From Eledone cirrhosa (taxonomy: Eukaryota), in contig OZ024754.1 in the NCBI GenBank assembly GCA_964016885.1, positions 28,830,001 through 28,894,000 on the forward strand: 64,000 bases of DNA. The letters run 5' to 3'. The notes beneath the pieces were generated by a model. The model had not been told where the DNA came from. It was given only the letters and a program-made list of their open reading frames with translations, and made no database searches. Position numbers and translations under genes: made by a program. Below, in pieces: positions 1 through 13,240 of this stretch (position 1 is its first letter; each line of letters starts with the position of its first letter).

Positions 1-455
1 GAAGGACTAGTGTCCAAAACGTTAAGAATTTTTCTTACTATATCAAGTAATAACTAATATATTTATTCATTGTACTGTGTCTTTTGCTTTGTTATTTCTG
101 TTTACTTTTTTACATATATATACACACTCACACACATACATACCGTATTTCCCGGCCTCGAAGACGCTACTTTTTTCCTAAAATAAGTCTCAAAAATCTT
201 CCATGCGTCCTGAAGGCCAAAGGTTGTTTATTATTTTTTTTCTTCAAATTTTTGAGTTTTCAAAATTAGGGTGCGTCCTCGAGGACGGGAAACACGGTAT
301 ATATGCCATTATAAAGTGTAAACAATACACTCTGCAAAGTGGTTGGCATTTGGAAATACATGACAGCCATAGAAACACATGACAAATATAAAATGAAAGA
401 GACGAGATGTGATTATCTGACCAGTTTAGTCTCAGACTGTAACAAACTATCCTAC
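1..455. repeat. Local segmental duplicate of 11561-12014
   Basis: Near-identical from gaaggactagtgtcc to aaactatcctac in both places. Confidence 0.95.
143..297. mobile_element. Tc1/mariner-pogo-type MITE (duplicate at 11703-11856)
   Basis: Imperfect 25-bp TIRs CCGTATTTCCCGGCCTCGAAGACGC / GCGTCCTCGAGGACGGGAAACACGG with TA on both sides. Confidence 0.8.
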
Positions 456-775
456 ACATGCTATCATTATAATTAGCAGGAGTCATAAGTACAGGTTGGC
501 TTTCTGTTAAAGGTATATGTTCAGTGTTTGTGGACTGATTGGAGCAATAACAGTCTTATTTACATATACATATATGTATATATCATCATCATCGTTTTAT
601 GTCCCCTTTTCTATGCTAGCATGGGTTATGCATATAGAAATATATATATCATGCATATGTACACACCCCATCCAACCTGTGGGTGTGTGTGTGTATATAT
701 ATGTATATGTATGTATGTATATATATATGTCTAGCATAGAAGAATGGATGTAAAACGCTGATGATGATGTACATA

Positions 776-812
<37 letters not shown>

Positions 813-2135
813 GAATGTGTGTATATACATACATATATATATATGAATGTGTGTATATACATACATACATATATACATACATACCCTGTCAATGTTTACT
901 AGCAGAGAGAACAGACATGAAATGAATCTGATGCTGATGATATATATACACACAGTTTTGTGTGTATGTGTGTGTGTGGGGGGGGGGGGGGGGGCATTAA
1001 AACAGATGGCCACAGCTGTGATTTTACTGAGAGTGGCATATTTCTAAATCTGAATGCTATTTAATCACATTCCTTCTCCTTTATCAAGATGACCATGATA
1101 GATTTTGATCTATAAATCAATATTCAATGGAAAAAAAAAATACTCAAATGACTTTTATTAATTTCAGTTTGTGGAACTCTAACACTCCATAACAGATTCT
1201 TATATCTTGCACTATTACTATGTGTATGTGTGTGTATACATGTTGGTATGTTGTTGTTTGAGCTCACATCTGGTTAGGTTTAGCTGGCCTCCTATACAGT
1301 TGTATCTCATTTGAGGTTTCTTGAGTATTTTAATGATAGGACTATTGTATCACCATTTTTACAGTCACAGGAGGTGGAGCTTCCCATTTAATATTGTAAA
1401 TATTTCTGCTAACGGACCTCCCATTTTAAAGGGTTTCTGTTTAAATTAAAAACTTACAACATAGTTTTATATTAGAATCATATGATAAGTTACTATCTTA
1501 ATAATGAAATTAATGGTTTCTGATTTAGGCACAAGGCCAACAATTTTTGGAGAGGGGGAAATTGATTAAATCTACCTCTGCATTACTGGTACTTTTTATA
1601 TCAACCCTGTAAGGATTAAAAGTGAAGCTAAACTTGGCAGGACTAGAACTCAGAATATAAAGGGTCGTAATTCTATGCCACAAAGCATGTTATACAAGGC
1701 TCATATGATTCTGCCAATTCACCACCCTTAGTAATGAAATGAATAATTTTAGTTGATTCCTCAAAATCCTCCATTAATTGAAAGTGTATTTCATTAGAAG
1801 TATGATAGGTAAAGAGTTATAATGCACTTTATTGACAGCAACAATATTAATTCTCTGAAATTCTCCTACCTACCCCTTACATTAACTATTTCTACTAAGA
1901 TTACTCCAAGTCATTAAGTTAAAAAACATATCTACTATTTCTTTGAAAACTTTCTATGTACTCTATCAACTTTATTCCTTTAGTGTCCTTTGATGCTAAA
2001 TACTCTCGTACATCTTGGTGTATCCAAAATACTAGTTTGATGTCAGTTTTCTGAGATTCCATTTCATAGCTAAGGTTGGAATAAACCATGTTGATTCTTT
2101 TAATTACAAACCACTTGAAATTGTCCCTGCTTTAA

Positions 2136-2346
2136 ACCTTTAGCATTTGCACTACTCTATATTTACTATTTTTACTATTTCCATGGTAAAAGTTTATCTC
2201 ACATAATATTGCATCTATGAGATTTTGATATTATTTATTTTGAGAACAATACTTTAATATAAGTTTGAGCGGCTAGTTACAGCCAGTTTGAACAGAAAGA
2301 GGTGAGAGAATTCTGGCTGGATATGGCTGGTTTAAATGCTAAAGGG
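2136..2346. mobile_element. piggyBac-type MITE (related inverted copy about 58524-58743)
   Basis: TTAA on both flanks. TIR (C/A)CCTTTAGCATTT...AAATGCTAAAGGG. Internal similarity to the 58.5-kb copy. Confidence 0.75.
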
Positions 2347-3342
2347 TTAATGATGTGAAACTGCTTGTTTTAAAATGTGTCAACATTTAAGATAAAACCT
2401 TTCATTATAATCTTATTGAAGAACTTAAGTTATTTTATTAATTTACCAAAACTCTCCAAATTCTTGGTTATTTTCAAAATGATTTGAACATCAAAGACAG
2501 TATCTTTGATTAAAAATATGGTAACGAAAGGATTAAAATGTTTATATTTGTCTGAAATATTTCATGATTTATGTAAGAACTTTTTTTTACTAAGGACCAA
2601 TGGACATAACATAATAATACTGAGAAAGGTTTAAAACAATAGTGAAATGAAAAAGTTATGCTATATTAGTAAATTCTTCAAACTAAATTGACACATGCTA
2701 TGTATTTCATTAGAAATATGGCAGCAAAAAGCTTAAGTTCTTATTTCCCCTTCCTACATATTTCTAACAATACTACTTTCTAGATGTTATGTTTATATAT
2801 TCTGTCACTAGAACTTTGCTCTTTACCATCTTCACTTTAAGACCTTTGACTCAACATCACATTTATATGCTTATAACTAATTCTGTATTTCTTCAACAAA
2901 TGTAACTAAGTATAAACTTTATTTAAATTATGTATATACTTTTGACATGTTTATATATTTAAATACTGTTTTTTATGTTAGTATTTATCAGTGAAACAGA
3001 TTTTGGCTAGAACGAAGATAGATTTAATTCAATTCAAACAATAGCATACATATCATCATCATTACCATCAACATTTTATGTCTGTTTTTCCATGCTGGCA
3101 TAGGTTAGACAGGTCATTACAGAACAAGTCAGTACTTAATTGGACTTACTGTGCTTTTAGATAGGCTAGAAGACAATGTCTCATTCACATATGTTCTGGT
3201 TTTGGCATAGTTTCTATGTCTGGAAACCCTTGCTGCTGCCTTCTGCATTCTAGGATGTACTGGGTGCATTTTATTATGGCACCAGCACTAGGGAAATAGT
3301 CCTATCTTTCATAAAATTGAAGAGTCCTCTTGGTTGTGAAAC

Positions 3343-3466
3343 ATGGGCAGTGGCTGCAGAAGTCATGCAGGTAGACTGAAGAGAAATGAAGCAGCCATGC
3401 TTCATTGGATGTGCAACATAAATGTGAGAGAAAAGCAGAGATTGGTTGAACTGAGAGAAAAGCTGG
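3343..3466 (+). mobile_element. RTE LINE 3' fragment, first half (continues at 12015)
   Basis: RLKRNEAAMLHWMCNINVREKQRLVELREKLG is typical RTE C-terminal sequence. Confidence 0.75.
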
Positions 3467-3659
3467 GTGACACCATCTGTCTTAGTAGATTGAACAAAAT
3501 TAAAAGGTGTAAGCAGGCTATATCTACCTGATCAGCACATCAGCCATACTACATGGGAAGAGAATAATAGGAATATATTTATATTATTTCTGTTTTAAAT
3601 AGGAAGCATATAATTTAAAATCTGTAGTTATATCTACATTAAATTTATCTTAGATCTCA

Positions 3660-3708
<49 letters not shown>

Positions 3709-4231
3709 GTTCAAGAGTAACCAATCTTAAAGAGAGAGATGGAGATAGGAGAGGAGATATGAGAGGAGAGATTGATGAATTAGTTAGAAGCCAAAGCGTA
3801 AAGGCATGTGCTCAATGTGCAATATGCAGTAGAAAGCAGCTAGGTGGCTGGGTTCATGCAGAAGTTAGGTGCGCAGAGCTGGAAATATTCATTAGTTAAG
3901 CAAAACAAGACCACGAATTTCACAAGGAAGACATTATTAAAAGATTGTCAACATATTTTAGTTTGATGTAAGGAATGTAGAGAATAATAATGCTTTCTTT
4001 ATAAACCACAAGGGTTTACATAAAGTAGACATTAAGGACAATACAGGACGGTACAAATGGGCATTTCTGCGTGTAAAAAAAACAAAAACAGGATGTAACA
4101 AAAAATAACAATGAAAAATTCCCCGATAGGGGGGAGATTTCCGGGGGACATTTGTGGAGAAAGCCCATTAAAAGGCCACAGTGACCCTGACCACCAGGGC
4201 AAGTGCCCTCTCCCAGTTTTCCACCTTTAAT

Positions 4232-7200
4232 TTACAGACACATACTAAGAGTAGGCCCATTCACTCGGGCCATACTTGCTTCTCTCACCCATCTTTCAAC
4301 AAAATTCTGGGAAGAGAGCACTTCCCTCTCTACCCTGATTTTCCTTTTCAAATGAAATTTGAAAAAGTTAATCAGGGCATCACCGAAGAGGTAAGTGCTC
4401 GTCTTCAGCCCTTTCAAACGTGTCCACCATACTATCTCTTTTGCCATGGCCACCAGACAGATAAAAACTGCCTGCCCTTCCCGGCTAAAGGAAGAGGGCG
4501 AGGCAATCCTCACGATGGACTCAGCTGATAGCTGGATCCGTCCTACATGTGACAGCAGGTGTTCGACATAAACCCACAAGTCAGCAATGCTCGGACACTG
4601 GACGAGTGCGTGCAGGATTGTTTTGTCACCCTGCGAGCATCTTGGACATGCCCGGCTGACGGCACCTCCATGCCTGTAGAGTTTATCCCGAACTGGCAAA
4701 GCTCCTCGGTAGCACTGCCATGCCAGGGATTTCTGGAAGTTGTCCATAGGCCTCGGCCTGAAAGTCCTTCCGAAGAGATTGGCTAGTTGATTTTCGTCGA
4801 CGCCTAGAGTTTCCCCAAGTACGTCGTCGCTCTTCCCCTCCACTAATCCTCTATAGAAAGCCAAGGTGGAGTTTCCACCGATCACATTGCCCGATTTGTC
4901 GAGGGCTGTGAGCGCCTGAAGACATTCCAGTCTCCAAGCGCTCCCTCTCAGTCTTCGCTTGACCCAGGACTGCAGCTCCATCAAGGAGACGAGCTGGGGA
5001 AAGACGTGTCTAGCAAACAGCGACCACACCTGATCACCGTCGAGGAAGAGGTGGAGATGTAATAGCCTGAGTGCGTGTCTGGGCATCATCAGCCACTGCA
5101 TGCTCAGCCCTCCACGTAGCGGGTGTTGACAGCAGATGGACCGCCTGACCATCGGAGCACGTCCCTTCCACAAAAAGCGAAAGAGCAAATGCTCCAGCGC
5201 AGTCAGGCGGGGCTTAGGACAAGGTACGACGGTCAGGCGGTAGTAGATGACGGACAGGATGTACGCGTTAGCCACCTCCGCTCGACCTTTCAGGGATAGC
5301 TTCCTCTCCGCCCATTTCTAGGTGAGAGAAGCCACCCTGCTCGTCACCTCGTCCAAGTTTTTGCCTGTCTGGAGGTTCGGACCGAACCAGACCCCTAGCA
5401 ATTTAACCGGTCCGTCCGTCCAGCGCCTGACGACGCTGTTGGACGACATGGGCCTGCCTCTCCAGGTGCCGAGTTGCAGGCCCACTGACTTTTCCTGGTT
5501 GATCATTGCTCCTGTCACCGCTTCGTATTCTCTTAGTGTAGTGCCAAACGCCTCGATGTGTTTGGCGTTCGACACCACTATGGTGACATCATCCGTATAT
5601 GCTGACATGGATCTTCCCCATTCTAGTTCGCGCGGGACTCCCCTCAACGTCTCCAGTTTGTAAAGTAATGGCTCGAGAGTCAATACGTACAAGAGGGACA
5701 AGAGGGGACATCCTTGGCGGACCGAGCGCATGATGTTGAATGGTTCCGAAAGGTGACCGTTCACTCTCACCACAGAGCAGATGTCGCTGTGCATGGCAGC
5801 AATCCAGCCTCTGAAGACGGGCCCAAAGCCAGCCGCTCTCAGGACTGCCGCTAGGTAACGATGATCGACCCTATCGAAAGCTTTTGACTGATCTAAATTG
5901 ATCAAGGACCCACCCGTGCCAGGTTCCCTAGCTACCCTCTCTACGATGTATCGCATGAGGTGGAGGTTGTCATGGATGGATCTGTCGGGAATGGCGCACG
6001 TCTGCGCCTTTCCCACCAGACCACCAACGACAAGCGCCAACCTCTTTGCTAGCACCTTGGCCAAAATCTTGAACTCTGTGTTCAGCAGAGTTATGGGCCT
6101 AAAATTATCTATGTTATCCCCCTTGTTCGGATCCTTTCTCAGCAGCGCCACAGCTCCTCGTCTCACAGAGCTGGGAATTCTCCCGTTCTGTTGCCAGTTT
6201 CAGTAGACATCTGCCAAGAGACCTCCGAACAAGTCTGGCATCTGTACGTAAAGTTCATAGGGCAGACCATCCAAACCAGGCGATTTACCCCTTCTGCAGC
6301 CAGTCATTGCCCCCGTACTTCAGCGACTGTTATCGGCTTTTCGCAACACTCCGCCTCAGTGGCCGAGAGCCGCGGAAGTCCGTCGAGGTAAACACTAAAG
6401 TCCATCCCTCGATCCGGCCTGCCACTGCCCCCGAACAGCTGTGCGAAGTGTCGCTGAAAAGCTTCACACATTTGCCCGGGATCGAGTAGTATACGCCCGT
6501 CGTGGTCCACCAAAGACCGGATCATGGCTTTGTTGCCACGACGCGCCTCCGCCACTCGGGCCCATTGAATGGCTCTCATCCCCTCGTGTCTGAGAGCATG
6601 CACCCTAGCTCTGACAACGCAGCCTTCGTTCTTTGCATTGGAGAATTGGTCAAGGGCCAATTTCACCGCAAGTACATCGGTCGCGATGCCTTTGCTAAGC
6701 GCCTCGTCTAATTTTCTAACTAATTCTCCCTCTGCTCTATTTTTCTCTATTGCTAAAGCCTTACTAAACCTAATGGACTCTATTCTAATTGCTCTTTTCA
6801 GAGCAAACCAGCACTTGTTGTTGACGATGGTCCCCGTCAACTCCCGCTTAACTAGTTCGCTAATCCGGTCCCTGTAGGCCTTGCGCGCTGGTAAGGACGC
6901 GTTTAGCTTCCAGTAGCCGGGTCCTCGTCTATGAAGCCTATCTAAGTCAAGCACACAGATCACGAATTTGTGGTCCATGTAGCTGATTATCTTGAATTGT
7001 GGACTGCCTATGCTAGACCTATCTATTTCCCTACAAAATACTCTATCTAGATATGATTTGGATGACCCTATGCGATTTGTCCAAGTCCACATTGGCACAT
7101 TCAGGAAATCCAATCGGTACCTGTCAGACAGTTCAAAACGCCTGAGCAGGTTGGTGAGGCTCTTGCACCCTCCTCCCCTATCCGTTGATCCCACACAGTC

Positions 7201-7650
7201 CCAGCGTGCATCTAAGATCCCGTTCCAGTCGCCCACTAACACTAAAGAGCGGCACGTTCCAAGAAAGGTCTCCAGACGCCGGAAGAAATCAGGCCGCCCT
7301 GCTCCTGTCGAAGCATAGACGACCACTAGCCTGAAAGCTTGCCCGTCTCCGCTGGTCACGTCTAGCACCACCAACTTACCTTCTGGGTCCAGGAAGATGG
7401 CCCGTATGGCAAGATCCAAACCTCTCCGAAAAAGCACAGCAACTCCTCCCCCCGATCCCGGACGGCTGGGAGATGCTTACACATCGTAGCCACCGAAGAT
7501 CGGTGTGAAGGCCCATGCTTCGGAGATTCTGGTCTCGCTGATGGCCACTACATCTATGTTTATTGACCTGAGGTTGTTGAGCAGGTGGCCCTGCTTCCAT
7601 GATGACCCCAAGCCACGCGCATTTATGCTGCCTATTCTGAGTGAGGTCAT
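4232..7650 (-). pseudogene. Tx1-like ORF2 (AP endonuclease, reverse transcriptase, C-terminal zinc finger) with stops and a frameshift
   Basis: Starts MTSLRIGSINARGLG at 7650. APE motifs GDWN, SYLDR, DH. RT motifs NFRPITLLN, DQSKAFDRVDH, VRQGCPL, YTDD. C-terminal CPRC...HALVQC. In-frame stops near 7478, 6200 and 5319, and a frameshift near 6310. Confidence 0.93.
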
Positions 7651-7786
7651 GTTGAAATGGAGTGGAAAAGATGGGAAAGACCACTTACCTTACTTCTCAT
7701 AGAGGAAGGATGGTTTGTCCATCCTTTTCGCTGCTTGTGGCCTCCTCCGGAAGGATGTCCTTATAAATCCTCCTGGAGAGTGATTG

Positions 7787-9387
7787 TCAGAAGTCTCCGA
7801 TGTCTTTGGGGAATTTTTGTTTTAGTGTCGTGTACGTTTTTTGTGTGATGCAAGTGATTTGTATGTCTGGAGGTGGTGTGAACTTTTGGGTTGTTGTGTA
7901 GTCTTTTTCTGTGATGCTGGTGTTGTGTTGGATGTAGTGTAATAATTGGTTGTTGTTCAAATTTAATGCTGTGTAGTGTGTATCGTTTTGGTTGTTTTGT
8001 TTTGTTTGCGTTTGTTGTGGGTTTGTTTCTGTTTCGCTTTTTGGTGACTTTTGTGGTGTTGGTGGTGTTGGGGTTAATGATGGTGATGGTGTTGGTGTTT
8101 GTGGTGATGGGGTTGGTGATGCTGGTGTGGATGGTGGCATATCTGTCCTAACTTTTTTGTTTGATAGTTTATTTGTTTCCCTCTGTATTTTGTTTTTGGA
8201 GGGGGAAGGAAGAGAATTTTTTCTTCCTTGGTTTCTTTTTTTTCTTTTTTCCTGATACCGTTTCCCACTCCTCGTCCTCACAATCTGTCTCCAGTTGTGA
8301 TAGGCCAGGGAGTGGAAAATCCTCCACAGGCGTTAGTTTTTGTTGTGGCGTGGTGGATGGTGTAGGCACTGGTGTTAGTTCTGGCGTGTTGGGTGGTGGT
8401 GGTGTTGGTTTTGCTACTGTTGCTGGGGTTGTTGCTGTTACAGTTGCTTCTGTTGTTGCTGCCATCTCTGCTGCTGGTGGTGTTGATGGTTGAGTCACTG
8501 GGGAGGGGGGGTAAGAGAGGTGGCCTCAACCTTTTAGACTGAGGGCAGAAAGCCCTTAGGTGGATTCCTTCACCACAAACGAATCACCTAGGCCTTCTGC
8601 CCTCGGCGATTACGGTGAGGTGGCTGCCGTCAGTGAGGTCTAATACCTCTGGGATCTCCTCAATGCTTTTTTGGTCCCCTTGGATCAGGAGCTCCATCCC
8701 AGATCCGGACCAATTCTCCTGCTTTTCTTTCGCTATTTAGATTATCCTGGTGTTGGCTTCGATGCCGGCGAGGACGGCAGCTATTAGCCAGGGAATTTCG
8801 ATGGCCGGTGGAACGTGGGTCACCCTGATCTTTACGAGTCTCTGGCCACAATAGCTTGGGACGAGTGTGAAGTCGTCACTTCTTAATGGGGCCATGGAGT
8901 GTTCTCTAGCCTCCTGTGGTGTTTCAAAGAACACGTCCACGGTTCCATATTTCTGCCCACGTCTGATGTGGGTTTTTTTTGCCCACACATGTCCCAAAGC
9001 TTTTTGGATTTGTGACTCGGATGCCCGTCCCACTCAGCGCGATTTTATGTTAATTGTTCGATAAGACTCGGTGCATAGGCGCTGATGCTCCATTTTATTA
9101 GGGGGGGGGGGCATATACCCATCTTTCTTTACCATTTTTTTGGCTTCTTCTAATTCCTCCTGAGTTACCTGAAATGCTTCGCACTGTTTTGCTATTCTGG
9201 CAAAACTCAGGGTGGTTTTCTTAATTTCATTGTTGTTGTTGTTATCGTTATTTTTGTTATTGTTAATTTTAGTTTCAGTTGTGGTGGTGGTGGCGTCAGT
9301 GGTGTTTGGTGTGGACGAGTTCATTTTGGTTGAATTCATTTCGATATCACGAGTTAATTTAGTTTTTTCTTTTGTTTCTGTTGTCAC
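7787..9387 (-). pseudogene. Tx1-like ORF1 (gag-like) with CCHC knuckle, disrupted
   Basis: Track ORFs 9387-9034, 9033-8737, 8498-8169 and 8281-7787 can be joined. Knuckle RPR*FVCGEGIHLRAFCP near 8540-8595 has its first Cys mutated to a stop. Followed by a Pro/Thr-rich region and WETV..KKKK. Confidence 0.75.
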
Positions 9388-9999
9388 TGTGGTGGGGGTG
9401 GGGTGGCGGCTTTAACACCTGCAGTCATTGGTAATGGCGGGAAATGAATTTCTGCCTGAGACAAATTTAAAATATTGCTACTGCTTACATTTTTAGTGTT
9501 GGCAAACGTAGTAATATTTACAATGGTGGTGTCGGTGTGAGGTGTTAGTTTGTGAGGAAGGTGTGACCGTGAGTCATCCATGATTTTTTTCAAATAGATT
9601 TTTGTTTGATAATTATAAAAGTTGAAATTTTGAGCTCAAGGCTCCAATCTTTTTGAGTGTCCTTTTCAGAAAACAATGTATGTGCACTTATATACAGTTA
9701 ATAAAATTTTTCCATAATGGCAATTTTAACCAACTGAAAACAACAAACCTTTGCGGAGCTCATGATGATACGATTTACTGCGTAGGTAGCCAATAATAAT
9801 AATCAATGTAGAGAATAATAATAATAATAATATTAATAATAATAATGTCCATTAACGGACATTATTATTATAAAAGTAGAAACAATTATTATTATTAATA
9901 TTATTATTCTCTACATTCTTTACATCAAACTAAAATATGTTGACAATCTTTTAATAATGTCTTCCTTGTGAAATTTGTGGTCTTGTTTTGCTTAACTAA

Positions 10000-10052
<53 letters not shown>

Positions 10053-10218
10053 TAATATATATATGTGTGTGTGTATTTATATATATATATATATATATTT
10101 ATATATACTCACACACACACCAAAATGGCTGGCTTAATATGCATGTTTTTTTTTTTTTGTTCCTTCCTCTTCCCTTTATCTTTCTATTTCACTAATACAT
10201 CTTTTATTTTTCATTCTA

Positions 10219-10254
10219 TCTTCTGATGAAGGACTAGTGTCCAAAACGTTAAGA
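10219..10254 (+). ncRNA. Degenerate minimal hammerhead motif, GAAA mutated to AAAA (copies at 11552-11587 and partially at 1-27)
   Basis: tctt-CTGATGA-A-ggac-tagt-gtcc-AAAA-cgtt-aaga. A related fragment near 37391 retains GAAACGTTAAGA. Confidence 0.6.
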
Positions 10255-10290
10255 ATGCTGTTAAAGTGTGTATACATTTTTTGGGACACA

Positions 10291-10330
<40 letters not shown>

Positions 10331-11138
10331 GAGAGACAGAGAGAGGTATTATGCCATTGGCAGAAAATGCATTTGTCTGACATGCCCCCAAATGGTGTGC
10401 ATTTATTATATAACTGTCTTAAAAAGCTTTGATCTGAAACATAGCATTGGAATTTACACCAAACATCATCATCATCATCACTATTTAATGTCTGCTTGAT
10501 GTTTCTTATCAAATCTAAATAATGGGATTTAATCTAAACAGGAATTTTAATTATTAAATTTGGTATGATAACCTATTCGGATTAATGTTGCTCTGATTGG
10601 GACTTAGTTGCACACACTTCTGGAGATTTGCAAATTTCATGGATTACCATATATAGTTGAATATAAGCCAAGAAATATATGACCAAATAATCAATGGTAA
10701 AATTGGTTGGGTGGCTGGACTTATGGGTTCAATATTTTGACTTGCAATTCTAATTCTACATAAATAAGGTGCTGAAATATCTGGAGTTATTATTTCACAA
10801 TGGAACAGTTTTTTCTACATTTACTACATTGTTATAGGTGTTATAAATGCATTCCCTTGAAACTATTTCCCACAAATTTTTATAATTTGAACTTTTTAAT
10901 ACATAAATATCCCATACATATACACGTGTGAATATACACGCATGCACACATGTTCACACTCATATATGCTTTTCTCTGACAATACTTTTTCTTTTGGATT
11001 TTTACCTATTTCTCAGACATAAAATAGTATAAAAAGTATATACGGAATATTTCTGTATCTCAATTAGGCAATTTGCTTTACCATTAGCCTTGACAAAATG
11101 AAATAATTTACTACCCTAACCCACACCAGAAAACACAT

Positions 11139-11369
11139 GTGACACCATCTGTCTTAGTAGATTGAACAAAATTAAAAGGTGTAAGCAGGCTATATCTACC
11201 TGATCAGCACATCAGCCATACTACATGGGAAGAGAATAATAGGAATATATTTACATTTTTTCTGTTTTAAATAGGAAGCATATAATTTAGAATCTGTAGT
11301 TATATCTACATTAAATTTATCTTAGATCTTTATATATATAGATATATATATATACACATATGTCTTATA

Positions 11370-11439
<70 letters not shown>

Positions 11440-12014
11440 TCACACACACACACCAAAATGGCTGGCTTAATATGCATATTTGTTTTTTTCTGTTCCTTCC
11501 TCTTCCCTTTATCTTTCTATTTCACTAATACATCTTTTATTTCTCATTCTATCTTCTGATGAAGGACTAGTGTCCAAAACGTTAAGAATTTTTCCTACTA
11601 TATCAAGTAATAACTAATATATTTATTCATTGTACTGTGTCTTTTGCTTTGTTATTTCTGTTTACTTTTTTAGATATATATACACACTCACACACATACA
11701 TACCGTATTTCCCGGCCTCGAAGACGCTACTTTTTTCCTAAAATAAGTCTCAAAAATCTTCCATGTATCCTGAAGGCCGAAGGTTGTTTATTATTTTTTT
11801 TTTCAAATTTTTTAGTTTTCATTATTAGGGTGCGTCCTCGAGGATGGGAAACACGGTATATATGCCATTATAAAGTGTAAACAATACACTCTGCAAAGTG
11901 GTTGGCATTTGGAAATACATGACAGCCATAGAAACACATGACAAATATAAAATGAAAGAGACGAGATGTGATTATCTGACCAGTTTAGTCTCAGACTGTA
12001 ACAAACTATCCTAC
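11139..12014. repeat. Unit A-B-C: A also at 3467-3660, B also at 10105-10256, C also at 1-455
   Basis: Direct sequence identity with a few substitutions. Confidence 0.92.
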
Positions 12015-12298
12015 TGAGGTGGTGTGCAAGAAAGAAGACATCATTGGTACGGATAAGTGATGTGTATGAATGATGATCGATGGGTGAAGAAGTGCCAAGA
12101 AATGCTAGTGTGTGGAAGCCACAGTAGACGTAGACCGAGAAAGGCTTGGGCAGAGGTGATGAGAACTGACCTCACATTCTGAGACTCAAAGAGGAGATGA
12201 CGGAGAAACATGGTGAGGGGAGAGATGTTGTGTTGAAAAAGGACCCATCAAACCCATGCAAGCATGGAAAAAGACTTGTAAAAATATTGACAATGATA
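12015..12298 (+). mobile_element. RTE LINE 3' fragment, second half with 3' tail
   Basis: GVQERRHHWYG*VMCMNDDRWVKKC...RPRKAWAEVMRTDL, then an acccatgcaagcatggaaaa tail. Confidence 0.78.
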
Positions 12299-12300
12299 TA

Positions 12301-12730
12301 TCATCATCATCATCACCGTTTTACGTTCGTTCTTCCACACTAGCATGGGTTAGATGGGTTGTCCTGTTGTGGGCAGTGTCTGGTCGGCTGACCATGCCTT
12401 GCTCATACAGGAACTGATTTGGCTTGATTCCTAACACCAACCTCATTTACAGTGAGTGCTGGGTGCTTTTTCGTGGCGCCTACACGTCCACTTTACAGTG
12501 TGGGCTGGGTGCTTTTTTGCCGTGGCACCTCCACGACCACCTTACAGTGGGGGGTGTGGGGGCATATTGTCTATATGCTTCAGCTTGTACCCATGGGAGG
12601 TCGGGTACTCTGTATTACTGCATGACGCCAGAGGTCACGGTCGTGTGTCATCGCCTTTGAGAGGTGTAATTGGGTAAGGTCGGCTTTTATCACCTCATCC
12701 CAGGTCATCTTGGGTCTCCCCACTCCGCGG
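12301..12730 (-). mobile_element. SINE/RTE 3'-end composite
   Basis: (CAT)n tail and tandem ccactttacagtg SINE units. RTE peptide GVGRPKMTWDEVIKADL...DRDLWR on the - strand. Confidence 0.65.
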
Positions 12731-12731
12731 T

Positions 12732-12763
<32 letters not shown>

Positions 12764-12970
12764 TTGATAGAGAACAAGACAATTATGAGAAAGTGTTTTG
12801 AACTAGACTATACAGAATGATGTAAACAATCTCTAATTTTGAGCTGTTTACTACGAAAACAATTATTTTGGATTTTGTCAGTGACTGAGGTAAGCTGCTG
12901 TCTAGTTTGACTATATCTTATAAGATATGTTTTATAATATGTAGATGGATATAGATATATATATATATAT

Positions 12971-13240
12971 CATCATCATCATCTTCGTTTAACGTCCATC
13001 TTCCACGCTAGCATGGGTTAGATGGGAGTTGTCCCACCTGAGGCAAGGTAGGTCGGGTGACCGTGTCTCGCTCATATAGGACTATCTGGCAGGTTTTCTA
13101 CGGCTGGATGCCCTTCCTAACACCAACCACATTTACAGTGTGGAACTGGGAACTTTTTACCGTGTTACCTATATGGCTACATTACAGCGTGGACTGTGTT
13201 TTTTTTTTGTTTTTTTTTTGTCGTGACACCTACACGATCT
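12971..13240 (-). mobile_element. SINE with RTE-type 3' tail (related copies about 16985-17240 +, 29280-29579 +, 36620-36757 +)
   Basis: Shared ggtgttaggaagggcatccagc core and an acccatgc..gcatggaa..gacgttaaa(gat)n tail. Confidence 0.8.

Larger units (their letters stand above)
3992..9804 (-). mobile_element. Full-length Tx1/L1-clade non-LTR retrotransposon, disabled
   Basis: ORF1 plus APE-RT-zinc finger ORF2 on the - strand. Flanked by the direct repeat aatgtagagaataataat (3974-3991 and 9805-9822), interpreted as the TSD. Confidence 0.93.
3707..10006. repeat. Fold-back (PLE-like) insert in (TA)n, arms 3885-3990 and 9900-10006, interrupted by the Tx1 LINE
   Basis: About 105-bp inverted repeat visible directly. 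Unpaired tail at 3707-3884. Confidence 0.8.

Noticed and set aside
451-460. (c)acatg after unit C and before unit A (11134-11139) as the TSD of a discrete A-B-C element or LTR
   Set aside because: The other junction pair (3466/12015) shows no matching TSD and the unit contains ordinary intronic debris. Templated duplication fits better, though upstream sequence is needed to exclude this.
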